This document shows positions 40,409 to 51,457 of a stretch of DNA of 64,000 nucleotides, piece after piece. Position numbers and translations under genes: made by a program. This DNA comes from Pseudomonadota bacterium. GTDB lineage: Bacteria; Pseudomonadota; Alphaproteobacteria; Sphingomonadales; Sphingomonadaceae. Below the pieces are notes generated by a model. That model worked only from the letters and a program-made list of their open reading frames with translations, ran no database searches and was not told where the DNA came from. The stretch covers positions 1,505 to 65,504 of the forward strand of contig JAJZTH010000016.1 of assembly GCA_021849075.1 (NCBI GenBank). Reading direction: 5' to 3'. Position 1 is the stretch's first letter. The number at the start of each line of letters is the position of its first letter.

Positions 40409-42864
40409 CAGTAGATCACCGACAGGGTGGCGAACCACTGACGCGGGGCGATCGGATAGACATTGTAATTGTTCGTGTTGGCGCTGGCCTGCACGGTCGA
40501 TGCGCCCTTTTCATCGAACAGGTTGGTGACGTTCAGGCTGATCTCCGCCTTTTGCAGGCCGATCAGTTCGGGGGGCAGGCGATAGGCGATCCGCGCGCTT
40601 CCCAGGAAATAGGATTTGACCGAAGCGTCGTTGGTGAAAGTGGTGAAGCGGCGGCCGGCATAGTCGCCGATGAACTGGGCGTCGAAATCGCCGATGGTCA
40701 GCGTCGCGACGGTCTTGTTCATCCATTTCGGGCTGACCGGGATATTCTTTCCACCGGTCGGCACCACGCCGTCGACGGTCGCGATGCCGCCGATTCGCGT
40801 GCCGGTCGCTTCGCCGGTGCGGGTGCTGTAATCGCTGTCATAGATGGAGTTGTTGTAGGATAGCGCATTGTAGAGCGAGAAGGTCTTGCCAAAGCGCAGC
40901 GTCACCGCCGCGTCGACGCCATCGGTCTTCACGCCGCCCACGTTGAACACCGCCGGCGTGCCGCCGGAAATGCCGCCGCCGCCAATACCGCCGATCGCGC
41001 CGGCGGGCGTGATGCCCAGCAGGCGGTCGCTGAAGTCGACATGATAATAGTTTATCTGCGCGTCGATGCCGGTCAGGAAGCCGGTGTCGATCGGGCGGCT
41101 GGTGCGGAACCCGACTTCATAGGTCCATGCCGATTCCGGGCGGCCATTGTTCTTGAGGTTATCGAACGCCGCCTGGCTGCCGCTGCTCCACGGCGTCACG
41201 CCGCCGCCGCCATAGGGCTGGAACTGGCGCATATTCTTCTGGACGTTGACGTAGAGCTGTTCCTTGTCGGTCACGTTCCACTTGGCGCCGATCGCGGGCA
41301 GGAACCAGCGCTTGGTGTTGATCTCGCCCTCGGGCAGCGCGCTCGACGAACCGGGCAGCGATCCGATGATCGGCTGCACGGGGAAGGTGCCGCTGGCGAA
41401 TTGCAGGCTGGACTTGAAACCGCCCTGGATCAGCAGGCTGGGGGTCAGCTGCCAGGCGTCCTGCACATGGAATTGCACGACGTCGGTGCGCATCTCGCTG
41501 CCATATTGGGTGAACATGGGGTCGTGCGGCGGCAGTTCATAGGGGCTGTAATCGTTCGGCCGGGTGACGTCGAGCGCATACCAGTTCCGGTAGGCGGCCG
41601 AGCTGTTATGTTCGAACCAGAAACCGGCCTGGATCGTATGATCGCCGACCTGGGCATCCAGCGTAGAAATCACCCCGCCGCGATCGATGCGATATTCGGT
41701 GGTGCGGATCGCATAGCCCGAATTGCCGGTCGCTTCCTTCAGATTCTGGCCTGGGAAGTAGAGCGAGAACAAGGTGGGCAGGCCCGCCACGGTGATCGGC
41801 CCGGCGACAATGCCCGCACCCTTGTTATGATGATAATAGCCCTGGGTCGACCAATCGATCTTGTCGGTCAGATGCGCCTGATATTTGATATAGCCGAGGT
41901 AATCGGTGCGGATCGCCGCGCTATAGAAATTGCGGTAATTCTGTGCTTCTGCGGCCGGAACATTGCCGTTGGCGTCCAGATAGCCGATCGCCGCGTCGAA
42001 ATCGGGGTAGAGGAACGGGCGGGTATAGGGCTGATAGGCTTGCGCCGCATTGGTCGGGTTCTTGAAGACGGTGGTCGCGTCTTCATTCGGCTCCTGCTTG
42101 TCCGAATAGGCGAAATAGGCGGTCAGCTTGCCGTTGCTGTCGTCATGGACGAACTTGCCATTGGCCTGCCACCCCTTCTGGATGCCGCGGAAATCCCAGG
42201 CGCGGGCGCGCTGGCGCAGCACCGATACATAGCCGCTGTTGCCGCCGCCAAATTCGCCGCTGTCCAGGCGGACGAAGGTGCGCGACGTATCATAGCTGCC
42301 GATCGTCTGGTTTATCTGTGCGCCCATTTGCGCGCGCGGGTCGCTGGAGAAATTCTCGATCGCGCCGCCCAGATTGCTGGTCGATGCGATGCCCAGTTCC
42401 GCCGCGCCGGTGGCGACGACGACGCTGCCGACATTTTCGGAGATGATCGCGCGCTGCGGCGACAGGCCGTTGAAATTGCCATAGCTCTGGTCGCCCAGCG
42501 GTACGCCGTCCAGCGTGTGGCCCAGCTGCTGCGCGCTGAATCCGTGGATGAACAGCGATGCATTCTGTTCGTTATTGCCCCACGGATCGGCGGTCACATA
42601 CATGACGCCCGGCAGGGTCTGGATCGCCTTGAACGGCGCGACGCCCGGCAGGATTTTCTGGATTTCGGTGGTGGTGATGGCGGTGGCGGAACGGGTCGCC
42701 TTCACGCCGGTCACGATGATTTCGGAATTGCCGTTGACGGGCGCATCGATCTGCGCCGCAGCCTCTTCAGCAGGCGCCTGCGCCAGTGCAGGCGCGGCGA
42801 GGAAGACGGACAGGAGTGCGGCGCCGGCAAGCAGGCGGCCCCGCGAAAACGGGTGAGCGGTCAT
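40408..42864 (-). CDS. TonB-dependent receptor, probably Pho-regulated
   Basis: Signal peptide, EIIVTG, plug domain, NLFD...APRQW C-terminus; stop overlaps the glpQ start. Confidence 0.92.
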   Translation of the reverse strand: MTAHPFSRGRLLAGAALLSVFLAAPALAQAPAEEAAAQIDAPVNGNSEIIVTGVKATRSATAITTTEIQKILPGVAPFKAIQTLPGVMYVTADPWGNNEQNASLFIHGFSAQQLGHTLDGVPLGDQSYGNFNGLSPQRAIISENVGSVVVATGAAELGIASTSNLGGAIENFSSDPRAQMGAQINQTIGSYDTSRTFVRLDSGEFGGGNSGYVSVLRQRARAWDFRGIQKGWQANGKFVHDDSNGKLTAYFAYSDKQEPNEDATTVFKNPTNAAQAYQPYTRPFLYPDFDAAIGYLDANGNVPAAEAQNYRNFYSAAIRTDYLGYIKYQAHLTDKIDWSTQGYYHHNKGAGIVAGPITVAGLPTLFSLYFPGQNLKEATGNSGYAIRTTEYRIDRGGVISTLDAQVGDHTIQAGFWFEHNSSAAYRNWYALDVTRPNDYSPYELPPHDPMFTQYGSEMRTDVVQFHVQDAWQLTPSLLIQGGFKSSLQFASGTFPVQPIIGSLPGSSSALPEGEINTKRWFLPAIGAKWNVTDKEQLYVNVQKNMRQFQPYGGGGVTPWSSGSQAAFDNLKNNGRPESAWTYEVGFRTSRPIDTGFLTGIDAQINYYHVDFSDRLLGITPAGAIGGIGGGGISGGTPAVFNVGGVKTDGVDAAVTLRFGKTFSLYNALSYNNSIYDSDYSTRTGEATGTRIGGIATVDGVVPTGGKNIPVSPKWMNKTVATLTIGDFDAQFIGDYAGRRFTTFTNDASVKSYFLGSARIAYRLPPELIGLQKAEISLNVTNLFDEKGASTVQASANTNNYNVYPIAPRQWFATLSVIY

Positions 42865-42925
42865 TATGATTTCCCCTAAATGGCGCGCTGGCTTGCGCGT
42901 TCGGGGCGACGCCTAGGCCGGTGTC

Positions 42926-42963
42926 GTGACGCTTTGTTGGCGCGACGCGGACAGTGTGATGAC
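42926..42963 (-). promoter_or_regulatory. Pho box array
   Basis: Minus strand GTCAT-N6-GTCCG-N6-GCCAA-N6-GTCAC, 11-bp period. Confidence 0.68.
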
Positions 42964-43067
42964 GGTAATATTTCCTATTTATTGCATATATTCAAAGGGG
43001 TTCGGCGCATGCAAAATCGCGTCTCGCAGCGCAGTCGCGAAACCTGGGGGCATGGCGATAGAGAGGT

Positions 43068-43144
43068 TGGCGACCCCGGCAGGATTCGAACCTGCGACCA
43101 TTCGCTTAGAAGGCGAATGCTCTATCCAACTGAGCTACGGGGCC
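43068..43144 (-). tRNA. tRNA-Arg(TCT)
   Basis: GGCCCCGTAGCTCAGTTGGATAGAGCATTCGCCTTCTAAGCGAATGGTCGCAGGTTCGAATCCTGCCGGGGTCGCCA; 77-nt cloverleaf with encoded CCA. Confidence 0.97.
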
Positions 43145-43213
43145 GTGCGGGTGCCGCGATAGCGGGCGTTGCGGCTGCTTGCAATCGTCTGACCGCACGA
43201 TAAGCAGGATGAT

Positions 43214-43933
43214 ATGAGCGAAACGGGGCTGCACAGGATCGATGCGGGGGCGCTGGGGACGCGGCCACTGCGCTATTATGATTTCTTCATGGCGGCCTTT
43301 GTCGCCATATTGCTGCTGTCCAACCTGATCGGCGCGGCCAAGCTGGCGACATTGGGCGGCTTCACCTTTGGCGCGGGCATCCTCTTCTTTCCGCTCGGCT
43401 ATGTGCTGGGCGACGTGCTGACCGAAGTCTATGGCTATGCGCGCGCGCGCCGCTGCGTCTGGGTCGGCTTTGCCGCGATGCTGTTCATGGCGGTGATGAG
43501 CTGGGTCGTGGTCGCACTGCCCCCGGCGGACGGCTGGCCCGACCAGAAAGCCTATGAAGCCGTGTTCGGCAGCACCTGGCGCATCGTTTTCGCGTCGGTC
43601 TGCGCCTTCTGGGCCGGGGAGTTCGCCAACAGTTTCGTCCTCGCCAAGATGAAGCTGTGGACGCAGGGGCGGCATCTGTGGATGCGCACCATCGGGTCGA
43701 CGGTGGTGGGGCAGGGCGTCGACAGCCTGCTCTTCTACCCGCTCGCCTTCTACGGCAACTGGACCGATGCGCAGGTGCTGACGGTGATGGTCACGAACTG
43801 GGCGATGAAGGTCGGCTGGGAAGCGCTGTTGACGCCTGTCACCTATGCCATGGTCGCGTTCGTCAAGCGGCGCGAAGGGCTGGACATTTACGACGAAGCG
43901 ACGAATTTTACGCCGTTCAAGACCAGCCTTTAA
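43214..43933 (+). CDS. Queuosine precursor transporter (YhhQ/VUT family)
   Basis: SNLIGAAK, GDVLTEVYG, RIVFAS, RTIGSTVVGQGVDS, TPVTY. Confidence 0.9.
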   Translation: MSETGLHRIDAGALGTRPLRYYDFFMAAFVAILLLSNLIGAAKLATLGGFTFGAGILFFPLGYVLGDVLTEVYGYARARRCVWVGFAAMLFMAVMSWVVVALPPADGWPDQKAYEAVFGSTWRIVFASVCAFWAGEFANSFVLAKMKLWTQGRHLWMRTIGSTVVGQGVDSLLFYPLAFYGNWTDAQVLTVMVTNWAMKVGWEALLTPVTYAMVAFVKRREGLDIYDEATNFTPFKTSL

Positions 43934-43957
43934 GAAATTTCGCGGTCGCAGGGTCGC

Positions 43958-43975
43958 GGTAAACCCCTGTTTACC
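43958..43975. promoter_or_regulatory. CtrA-like palindromic site upstream of the diguanylate cyclase
   Basis: GGTAAACCCCTGTTTACC (TAAA-N7-TTAC; the CtrA consensus is TTAA-N7-TTAA). Confidence 0.5.
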
Positions 43976-43996
43976 ATTGCCAAGCCATGTGGGGGC

Positions 43997-44959
43997 ATGA
44001 GCAGGCATTTGCATCGGCAATTTCTTCCATCCGCACAATGCGATACGCCTGCTACGGCGGGCAATGTCGTCGCACTGGATGGCACGATGGCGGCGGCCCT
44101 TTCGCTGGCGCAGCGCCGGTTCGAGGCGACCTTCCTGCATGCGCCAATCGGCATCGCCCATGTCGGACTGGACGGGGCGTTTCTGCTGGTCAATCCGCGT
44201 TTCTGCGCGATCAGCGGCTATGATGCCGACACGCTGATCCGCACCGGTTTTCAGCAGATCACCCATCCCGACGATCTCAATGCCGACGAAGCGCTGCTCG
44301 CGCGCCTCAACATGGGGGAGATACCGCGCTACTCCATGGAGAAGCGCTATATCCGGGCGGATGGCACGATCATCTGGGTCAAGCTGACGGTGGCGATGGT
44401 CCGGGATGATGGCGACCAGCCCGAATTCTACGTCGCCGTGGTCGAGGATCTGTCCGACCTGCGGCAGGCCAGTTTCGAAGCGGTGCATGATCCGTTGACC
44501 GGCCTGCTTAACCGTCGCGGCTTTGCCTGCCGGGCAAAGGATATGTTGGTCGACACCGCCCGCGCCGGGCGCAGCGCCAGCCTGTTGTTCCTCGATCTCG
44601 ACGGGTTCAAGCAACTGAATGACGGCATGGGCCATGCTGCGGGTGATGCCTGCCTGTCCGACGTCGCGCATTTGCTGAAGGATCAGACCCATCCCGGCGA
44701 CATCGTCGCGCGCATCGGCGGCGACGAATTTCTGCTCCTGATATCGGAGCGCGACGATCAGTCCGCCGCGGCGGTGGCGGAGGTGGTTCGCGAAAATCTG
44801 GCCGCCTATGGCATGGGCATCAGCGGCAGCTTTGGGCTGGTCACGGCCGACACGCCCGATCCGGCTGACCTCGACCGGCTGATCGCCTGCGCCGACGATG
44901 CGATGCGCGCGGCCAAGCGCGCCGGCAAGAATCAGGTCTGCGCCGCCGCCTTCATCTGA
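43997..44959 (+). CDS. PAS-GGDEF diguanylate cyclase
   Basis: [36 protein letters not shown]; no RxxD I-site (HPGD instead). Confidence 0.93.
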   Translation: MSRHLHRQFLPSAQCDTPATAGNVVALDGTMAAALSLAQRRFEATFLHAPIGIAHVGLDGAFLLVNPRFCAISGYDADTLIRTGFQQITHPDDLNADEALLARLNMGEIPRYSMEKRYIRADGTIIWVKLTVAMVRDDGDQPEFYVAVVEDLSDLRQASFEAVHDPLTGLLNRRGFACRAKDMLVDTARAGRSASLLFLDLDGFKQLNDGMGHAAGDACLSDVAHLLKDQTHPGDIVARIGGDEFLLLISERDDQSAAAVAEVVRENLAAYGMGISGSFGLVTADTPDPADLDRLIACADDAMRAAKRAGKNQVCAAAFI

Positions 44960-45707
44960 TCCCCTCGTCGGGATAGGTCGCCCGCACGAAGTATAGCCCA
45001 TCGGGCGGCGCATTGAGGCCCAGCGCCGCGCGGTCTTTCGCCTCCAGCGCCGCGCGCAGATCATCCGCGCTCCATCGCCCCATGCCGACCAATGCAAGGC
45101 ATCCGACCATCGACCGCACCTGATGATGCAGGAAGGATCGCGCCGCCGCATGGATAGCGATGCGGTCGCCGTCCCGCTCCACATCCAGCCGGTCGAGCGA
45201 TTTCAACGGGCTTTGCGCCTGACAATGGGCCGATCGGAAGGTGGTGAAATCATGCCGCCCGACCAGTATCTGCGCCGCATCCTGCATCGCCTGCGCATCC
45301 AGTGGCTGTCCTACGCGCCACGCCAGCCCGTTTTCGAAGCTCAGCGGCGCGCGACGATTGGCGATGCGGTAGACATAGGATCGCCCGATGCAGGAAAAGC
45401 GGGCGTGCCAATCATCGGGCATCACTTCGCACGCCACTATGGCGACCGGATCGGGCCGCATCTTCGCGTTCAGCGCCTCCATCAGGCGGAAAGGCGCGAT
45501 GGCCTTTGCGATGTCCGCATGCGCGCGCATGCCAAGGCCATGGACCCCCGCGTCGGTGCGTCCGGCAGCGTGGATCACGGCGCGCTCACCCGTGACGGCG
45601 AAGATCGCGTCCTCGATTCTCTGCTGCACGCTTGGCCCATGGGCCTGCCGCTGCCACCCCATGAAGGGACGGCCGTCAAATTCGACGGTGAAGGCGAACC
45701 GGGTCAT
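44952..45707 (-). CDS. truA: tRNA pseudouridine(38-40) synthase
   Basis: [27 protein letters not shown]. Confidence 0.97.
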   Translation of the reverse strand: MTRFAFTVEFDGRPFMGWQRQAHGPSVQQRIEDAIFAVTGERAVIHAAGRTDAGVHGLGMRAHADIAKAIAPFRLMEALNAKMRPDPVAIVACEVMPDDWHARFSCIGRSYVYRIANRRAPLSFENGLAWRVGQPLDAQAMQDAAQILVGRHDFTTFRSAHCQAQSPLKSLDRLDVERDGDRIAIHAAARSFLHHQVRSMVGCLALVGMGRWSADDLRAALEAKDRAALGLNAPPDGLYFVRATYPDEGIR

Positions 45708-45711
45708 CGGG

Positions 45712-46620
45712 TCAGGCGTCCACCCGGCTCCCGGCCGGCATGTCATAGCCGCGCAGCAATTCGCCCGGCGTCATCGCGCCCTTGCCCGCGCGCTGGATCA
45801 GTGTCGGGCGGATCGCGCCATGGCCGCATCCGATCAGCAGGCTGTCGTCCAGCATCTCGCCCGCCGGCCCGGCATGATGTTCGACATGGCCCGCCAATAT
45901 GCGGAACCGCTCGCCGCGATATTCGAAGAAAGCGCCGGGGAAGGGATTGAAGGCGCGAACCTGCCGTTCGACCTGATGCGCGTCCTTGGCAAAATCGATC
46001 CGCGATTCCGCCTTGTCGATCTTGGCGGCATAGGTCACGCCCTCTTCGGGCTGGGCCATGGGGGGATGCTGCGCGATATCGTCCAGCACCTCGACCATCA
46101 GCTCCGCGCCGGCCTGCGCCAGTTCGGCGGTCAGCGCGCCTGCCGTCTTGCTCTCGACCGGGGTGACATGCTTGGCGCGCATCGGCCCGGTGTCCAGGCC
46201 CGCCTCCATATCCATGATCGTCACGCCCGTCACATTGTCGCCCGACAAGATCGCCCGCTGGATCGGCGCCGCCCCGCGCCAGCGCGGCAGCAGCGAAGCG
46301 TGGATGTTCATGCAGCCATGGCGCGGCATCGCCAGCACGGCGCGCGGCAGGATCAGCCCATAGGCGGCGACCACCGCGACATCGGCGTCTAGCGCGGCGA
46401 AGGCGGCCTGCACATCGGCATCCTTCAGCGATGCCGGCGTGCGCACGTCTATCCCCAGTTCGTCGGCGCGCTGGTGGACGGGCGAGGATCGCAGACCCTT
46501 GCCGCGACCGGCGGGGCGGGGCGGCTGGCTATAGACCGCGACGATATCGTGACCCGCCTTCACCAGCGCGTCGAGCGCGGGAACGGCGAAATCGGGGGTG
46601 CCCATATAGATAATACGCAT
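45712..46620 (-). CDS. fmt: Methionyl-tRNA formyltransferase
   Basis: [29 protein letters not shown]. Confidence 0.98.
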   Translation of the reverse strand: MRIIYMGTPDFAVPALDALVKAGHDIVAVYSQPPRPAGRGKGLRSSPVHQRADELGIDVRTPASLKDADVQAAFAALDADVAVVAAYGLILPRAVLAMPRHGCMNIHASLLPRWRGAAPIQRAILSGDNVTGVTIMDMEAGLDTGPMRAKHVTPVESKTAGALTAELAQAGAELMVEVLDDIAQHPPMAQPEEGVTYAAKIDKAESRIDFAKDAHQVERQVRAFNPFPGAFFEYRGERFRILAGHVEHHAGPAGEMLDDSLLIGCGHGAIRPTLIQRAGKGAMTPGELLRGYDMPAGSRVDA

Positions 46621-46673
46621 GGCGGATGCTCAAACCCCTTGTCTCTCCCAGTTGCAACCCCTTATCTCACGAT

Positions 46674-47270
46674 ATGGCCTCTCCCGAAATCGAAGCATTG
46701 ACCCAGGCGCTGTCCCGCCTGCCCGGACTTGGCCCCCGATCGGCGCGGCGCGCGGTGCTGCATCTGCTCAAACGCCGTGAGGGCGCGATGGAGCCGCTGC
46801 TGCGCGCGCTGGAGGCGGTGAACGACCGGCTCGTCACCTGCGCCATCTGCGGCAATGTCGACACCGTCGATCCCTGCGGCATCTGCGCCGATCCGCGCCG
46901 TGATCCGCGCGCGCTGTGCGTAGTGGAGGATGTGTCGGATCTCTGGGCGCTCGACAAATCGCGCCTCTTCCCCGGCCGCTTCCATGTGCTGGGCGGCCGC
47001 CTGTCCGCGCTGGAGGGCGTGCGGCCGGAGGATCTGACCATCGACGCGCTGGTCGCCCGGCTGGAACAGGGCGGCATCGATGAAGTAGTGCTGGCGATGA
47101 ACGCCACGCTGGAGGGGCAGACCACCGCCCATTATCTGGCCGAACGGCTGGAGCGTTTCCCGATCCGCCTGACCCAGCTGGCCCATGGCGTGCCGGTTGG
47201 CGGCGAACTCGATTATCTGGATGAAGGGACGCTGGCGCAGGCGCTGCGCGCACGGCGGCCGGTGGGGTAG
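46674..47270 (+). CDS. recR: Recombination mediator RecR
   Basis: [11 protein letters not shown], CxxC..CxxC zinc finger, [14 protein letters not shown]. Confidence 0.97.
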   Translation: MASPEIEALTQALSRLPGLGPRSARRAVLHLLKRREGAMEPLLRALEAVNDRLVTCAICGNVDTVDPCGICADPRRDPRALCVVEDVSDLWALDKSRLFPGRFHVLGGRLSALEGVRPEDLTIDALVARLEQGGIDEVVLAMNATLEGQTTAHYLAERLERFPIRLTQLAHGVPVGGELDYLDEGTLAQALRARRPVG

Positions 47271-47330
47271 TCGCCCCTGTGCTGCGCCGCTCCGCTTGAT
47301 ATTATCCGCCGTTCCGCCTATGTTCGGCGC

Positions 47331-47861
47331 ATGGCAATCCGTCCCATCCTTGAAGCGCCCGATCCGCGGCTGCGCACCATTTCGACCCCTGTCGAGGCGA
47401 TCGACGACGATCTTCAGACGCTGATCGACGATATGTTCGACACCATGTATGACGCGCCGGGCATCGGTCTGGCCGCGATTCAGGTGGGCGTGCCCAAGCG
47501 CGTTCTGGTGATTGATCTTCAGGAACCGGAATCGGATGCGGAAGACGCGCCGCCGGTCAAGAAGCCGCTGGTCTTCATCAACCCGGAAATCCTTAAAGGC
47601 TCCGAAGAACTGTCGGTCTATAATGAAGGCTGCCTGTCGGTCCCCGACCAGTTTGCCGAAGTGGAGCGCCCCGCCGCGATCCGCGCCAGCTGGATGGACC
47701 GGGAAGGCCGCATTCATGAAGAACAGCTCGAAGGGCTGCTCGCCACCTGCCTGCAGCATGAAATGGACCATCTGGAAGGCGTGTTGTTCATCGACCATCT
47801 GTCCCGCCTGAAGCGCGACATGCTGCTCAAGAAGCTGAACAAGGCCCGCCGCGCCGCCTGA
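47331..47861 (+). CDS. def: Peptide deformylase
   Basis: [19 protein letters not shown]. Confidence 0.98.
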   Translation: MAIRPILEAPDPRLRTISTPVEAIDDDLQTLIDDMFDTMYDAPGIGLAAIQVGVPKRVLVIDLQEPESDAEDAPPVKKPLVFINPEILKGSEELSVYNEGCLSVPDQFAEVERPAAIRASWMDREGRIHEEQLEGLLATCLQHEMDHLEGVLFIDHLSRLKRDMLLKKLNKARRAA

Positions 47862-47884
47862 TCGGCGCGATGCTGCGAACGAAT

Positions 47885-47914
47885 ACGCCCTGACCTTATG
47901 GTCGGGGCGTTTTT
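47885..47914 (+). terminator. Intrinsic terminator after def
   Basis: acgccctgacc-ttat-ggtcggggcgt followed by a T run. Confidence 0.75.
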
Positions 47915-47975
47915 CGTTGGAGGAGGGCGCAGTCCCAATGCGTCGCCATCCTATATTCCATGCTTCTAAACATAG

Positions 47976-48011
47976 TCCGTTCGCCCTGAGCTTGTCGAAG
48001 GGCCGAACGGA
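47976..48011. repeat. REP-like palindrome, copy 3
   Basis: tccgttcgccctgagcttgtcgaagggccgaacgga. Confidence 0.85.
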
Positions 48012-48098
48012 AGTTGGGATGACCTCTATCCAGCGGAGGACATGCTCACCGCAAGCACGGGATCGACGCTGCGCCTTTGACTCGCTAGGAGCGACTCC

Positions 48099-49136
48099 AT
48101 GACCGCACAGATCACCATCCGCCGCCCCGACGACTGGCATGTCCATCTCCGCGATGGCGAGATGCTGGCCATGGTCGCCAATTACACCGCGCGCCAGTTC
48201 GCGCGCGCCATCGTCATGCCCAACCTGTCGCCGCCGGTCGTCACCGTCGCCGCGGCGCAGGCCTATCGTGACCGGATCATCGCCGCGTTGCCGGCCGGGG
48301 CCGACTTCACGCCGCTGATGGTCTGTTATCTGACCGATGGCGCCGATCCGATGGAAATCGCGCGCGGCTATGCGCAGAGCGTGTTCGCCGCCTGCAAACT
48401 CTATCCCGCCCATGCCACGACCAATTCGTCCCACGGCGTCACCGATATCCGCAAACTGACCGGCCTGCTGGAAACCATGCAGAGCATCGGCATGCCGCTG
48501 CTGATCCATGGCGAAGTCACCGACCGCGACGTCGATATTTTCGATCGCGAAGCGGTGTTCATCGATCGCATCCTGACGCCGCTGGTGCGCGATTTCCCCG
48601 AACTCAAGATCGTGCTGGAACATATCACCACCGCCGAAGCGGTCGATTTCGTCAACGCCAGCGGGCCGAAGATCGGCGCGACGATCACGCCCCAGCATAT
48701 CATCATCAACCGCAACGCCATTTTCGACGGCGGCATCCGCCCGCACGCTTATTGCCTGCCGGTCGCCAAGCGGGAACAGCATCGCCTGGCCGTGCGCAAG
48801 GCGGCCGTGTCGGGATCGCCCAAATTCTTCCTGGGCACCGACAGCGCGCCGCACAGCATCGACCGCAAGGAATCCGCCTGTGGCTGCGCCGGCCTGTTCA
48901 ATGCGCCCTATGCGCTGGAAAGCTATGCGCAGGTGTTCGAAGAAGAAGGCGTGCTGGACCGTCTGGAGGGCTTCGCGTCCGAACATGGTCCCAATTTTTA
49001 CGGCCTGCCGCTCAACGAAGGCACGGTGACGCTGGTGCGCGAAGATGTGGTCGTGCCCGCCGCGATCGGCGAGGGCGCGTTGAGCGTCGTCCCCTTCCAC
49101 GCCGGCGAAACCATGCGCTGGCGCATGGTCGACTGA
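48099..49136 (+). CDS. pyrC: Dihydroorotase
   Basis: [35 protein letters not shown]. Confidence 0.98.
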   Translation: MTAQITIRRPDDWHVHLRDGEMLAMVANYTARQFARAIVMPNLSPPVVTVAAAQAYRDRIIAALPAGADFTPLMVCYLTDGADPMEIARGYAQSVFAACKLYPAHATTNSSHGVTDIRKLTGLLETMQSIGMPLLIHGEVTDRDVDIFDREAVFIDRILTPLVRDFPELKIVLEHITTAEAVDFVNASGPKIGATITPQHIIINRNAIFDGGIRPHAYCLPVAKREQHRLAVRKAAVSGSPKFFLGTDSAPHSIDRKESACGCAGLFNAPYALESYAQVFEEEGVLDRLEGFASEHGPNFYGLPLNEGTVTLVREDVVVPAAIGEGALSVVPFHAGETMRWRMVD

Positions 49137-49164
49137 CCCGCTGCCGCCATTTGCCGATGCCAAG

Positions 49165-49201
49165 AAAAAGCCTCTCCGGGGCAGACCCGGAGAGGCTTTT
49201 T
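49165..49201. terminator. Bidirectional terminator between pyrC and phoB
   Basis: aaaaagcctctccggg-gcaga-cccggagaggcttttt. Confidence 0.85.
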
Positions 49202-49229
49202 ATTGTCCGCAACAAGCAGCCCGTTCGGG

Positions 49230-49931
49230 TCAGCCCATCCCCTCGGTGTCCAGCGCATAGCCGGCTGACCGCACGGTGCGGATGATGTCCTGATACTGGC
49301 CATCGCCGTTGATCGCCTTGCGCAGGCGGCGGATATGGACGTCCACCGTGCGCAGTTCGATGTCGCTGTCCTGACCCCATACGCTGTCGAGCAGCCGCTC
49401 GCGCGAGAAGACCCAGCCTGGATGCTCCAGGAAATGCTTGAGCAGGCGGAACTCGGTCGGCCCAAGCGGGATCACCTGACCGCCGCGCCGCACCTTATGC
49501 CCCACCGTGTCCATCTCCACGTCGGAAAATGTCAGCGTTTCGCCGGCCAGCGCCGGGCGCACGCGGCGCAGCACCGCGCCCACCCGCGCCACCAGTTCGC
49601 GTGGGGAGAAGGGCTTGGTCACATAATCGTCCGCGCCCGTCTCCAGACCGCGCACCCGATCCTCTTCCTCGCCGCGCGCGGTCAGCATGATGATCGGGAT
49701 ATTGGCGGTGCCGTTCATGCGGCGCAGCCGGCGGCACACCTCGATCCCGGACAGGCTTTCGACCATCCAGTCGAGCAGCACGATGTCGGGCGTGTTTTCC
49801 TGCGCCATCAACAGCGCTTCTTCCCCATCGACCGTATGGGCGACGTCGAAATCCTCGCGCTTGAAATGCCAGATCAGCAGTTCGGCGAGCGCCGCGTCAT
49901 CCTCGACCAGCAGCATCTTGGCTCGGGCCAT
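49230..49931 (-). CDS. phoB: Phosphate regulon response regulator
   Basis: LLDWM, GADDYVTKPFS, GPTEFRLL, RTVDVHIRRLRK; inside the pst operon. Confidence 0.97.
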   Translation of the reverse strand: MARAKMLLVEDDAALAELLIWHFKREDFDVAHTVDGEEALLMAQENTPDIVLLDWMVESLSGIEVCRRLRRMNGTANIPIIMLTARGEEEDRVRGLETGADDYVTKPFSPRELVARVGAVLRRVRPALAGETLTFSDVEMDTVGHKVRRGGQVIPLGPTEFRLLKHFLEHPGWVFSRERLLDSVWGQDSDIELRTVDVHIRRLRKAINGDGQYQDIIRTVRSAGYALDTEGMG

Positions 49932-49934
49932 GGA

Positions 49935-50630
49935 TCAGTCCTCCGCTTGCAGGTCGGCGCCGCGTTCGCGCTCGGGCAGGGTCTGGCCGGTGGCGGCATA
50001 ATAAACCATTTCCGCGACATTGGTCGCATGGTCGCCGATCCGCTCGATATTCTTGGCGATGAACAGCAGATGCGCGCATTCGCTGATCGTCTTGGGATTT
50101 TCGACCATGAAGGTGACGAGCGTACGGAACACGCTGTTGTAAAAATCATCGACCACCGTGTCGCGTTCGATGACCGCCAGCGCCAGATCGGCGTCGCGCG
50201 CGGCAAAGGCGTTCAGCGCATCATGCACCATTTCGCCCGCGACCTGCCCCATGGACGGCAGCAGGGAAATCGGTTCCAGCGTGCGGGTGTTGCTGGCCAC
50301 CAGCGGTACGCGCTTGGCGATATTCTTGGCATAGTCGCCGATGCGCTCCACGACGCTGACGATCTTCAGCGCGGCGATCACATCGCGCAGGTCGTTTGCC
50401 ATCGGCGCGCGGAGCGCAATCACCTGAATGACCAGCTTTTCGACTTCCGCCTCGATTGCGTCGATGCGCTTGTCGTCGGCCACGACCTGCGCGGCCAGCG
50501 CCTTGTCCTGCCGTTGCAGCGCCAGCATCGCATTTTCGATTGCCGCTTCGGCGCGCCCGCCCATTTCGGCGATCAGCCCGCGCAGCCGGTCGATTTCCTC
50601 GTCAAATGCCTTGATCGTATGTTCAGCCAT
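49935..50630 (-). CDS. phoU: Phosphate signalling protein PhoU
   Basis: ERIGDYAKNIA and ERIGDHATNVAE repeats. Confidence 0.97.
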   Translation of the reverse strand: MAEHTIKAFDEEIDRLRGLIAEMGGRAEAAIENAMLALQRQDKALAAQVVADDKRIDAIEAEVEKLVIQVIALRAPMANDLRDVIAALKIVSVVERIGDYAKNIAKRVPLVASNTRTLEPISLLPSMGQVAGEMVHDALNAFAARDADLALAVIERDTVVDDFYNSVFRTLVTFMVENPKTISECAHLLFIAKNIERIGDHATNVAEMVYYAATGQTLPERERGADLQAED

Positions 50631-50660
50631 GTTTCGTCTCTCCGGCGATCAGTGCCTAAA

Positions 50661-51449
50661 TCAGCCGTAACGGCCGGTGATATAATCCTTCGTCCGTTCC
50701 TGACGCGGATTGGTGAAGATGTCGCTCGTCACGCCATATTCGACCAGTTCGCCCAGGTGGAAGAAGGCGGTCCGCTGCGATACGCGGGCGGCCTGCTGCA
50801 TATTATGGGTCACGATGACGATGCCGTACCGGCCGCGCAGTTCGTGGATCAGTTCCTCGATCTTCGCCGTGGCGATCGGGTCCAGCGCCGAACAGGGTTC
50901 GTCCATCAGGATGACTTCGGGTTCGACCGCGATCGCGCGGCCGATGCACAGCCGCTGCTGCTGGCCGCCTGAAAGCGCGGTGCCGCTGTCATGCAGCCGG
51001 TCCTTCACCTCGTCCCACAGGCCGGCGCGGCGCAGCGACTTTTCGACGATCACGTCCATGTCCGCCTTGCCTGCGGCCAGACCGTGGATGCGCGGCCCAT
51101 AAGCGATATTTTCATAGATGGACTTGGGGAAGGGATTGGGCTTCTGGAACACCATGCCCACCCGTGCGCGCAGCTGCACCACGTCCATCGACGGGGCATA
51201 GATATCCTCGCCATCCAGCGTGATCGTGCCTTCTACCCGCGCCGAAGCCACGGTGTCGTTCATGCGGTTCAGCGTCCGCAGGAAGGTCGATTTGCCGCAG
51301 CCCGACGGGCCGATGAAGGCGGTGACATGGTCCATGTCGACATCGATCGACACGCCCTTGATCGCCTGTTTGGGGCCATAGAAAACCTTGACGTCACGGG
51401 CCGACATCTTGGGATTGGCGATGGTCAGGTCGGTTTGTTCTTGCATCAT
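50661..51449 (-). CDS. pstB: Phosphate ABC transporter ATPase
   Basis: [33 protein letters not shown]. Confidence 0.97.
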   Translation of the reverse strand: MMQEQTDLTIANPKMSARDVKVFYGPKQAIKGVSIDVDMDHVTAFIGPSGCGKSTFLRTLNRMNDTVASARVEGTITLDGEDIYAPSMDVVQLRARVGMVFQKPNPFPKSIYENIAYGPRIHGLAAGKADMDVIVEKSLRRAGLWDEVKDRLHDSGTALSGGQQQRLCIGRAIAVEPEVILMDEPCSALDPIATAKIEELIHELRGRYGIVIVTHNMQQAARVSQRTAFFHLGELVEYGVTSDIFTNPRQERTKDYITGRYG

Positions 51450-51457
51450 GGGGTCGA

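Noticed and set aside
23820..43144. Catabolic region as an island integrated at tRNA-Arg
   Set aside because: No integrase, and I could not find a duplicated tRNA 3' end by eye.
43145..43213. preQ1 riboswitch before the queuosine transporter
   Set aside because: The gap is short, shared with the tRNA promoter, and shows no recognisable preQ1 aptamer.
992..51000. Long antisense or off-frame ORFs (e.g. 992-2518+, 11324-13807-, 15366-17375+, 41041-42879+, 43106-45184-, 46662-49163-, 49335-50972+)
   Set aside because: Shadow ORFs of well-supported genes, expected from high-GC codon bias; no recognisable motifs.
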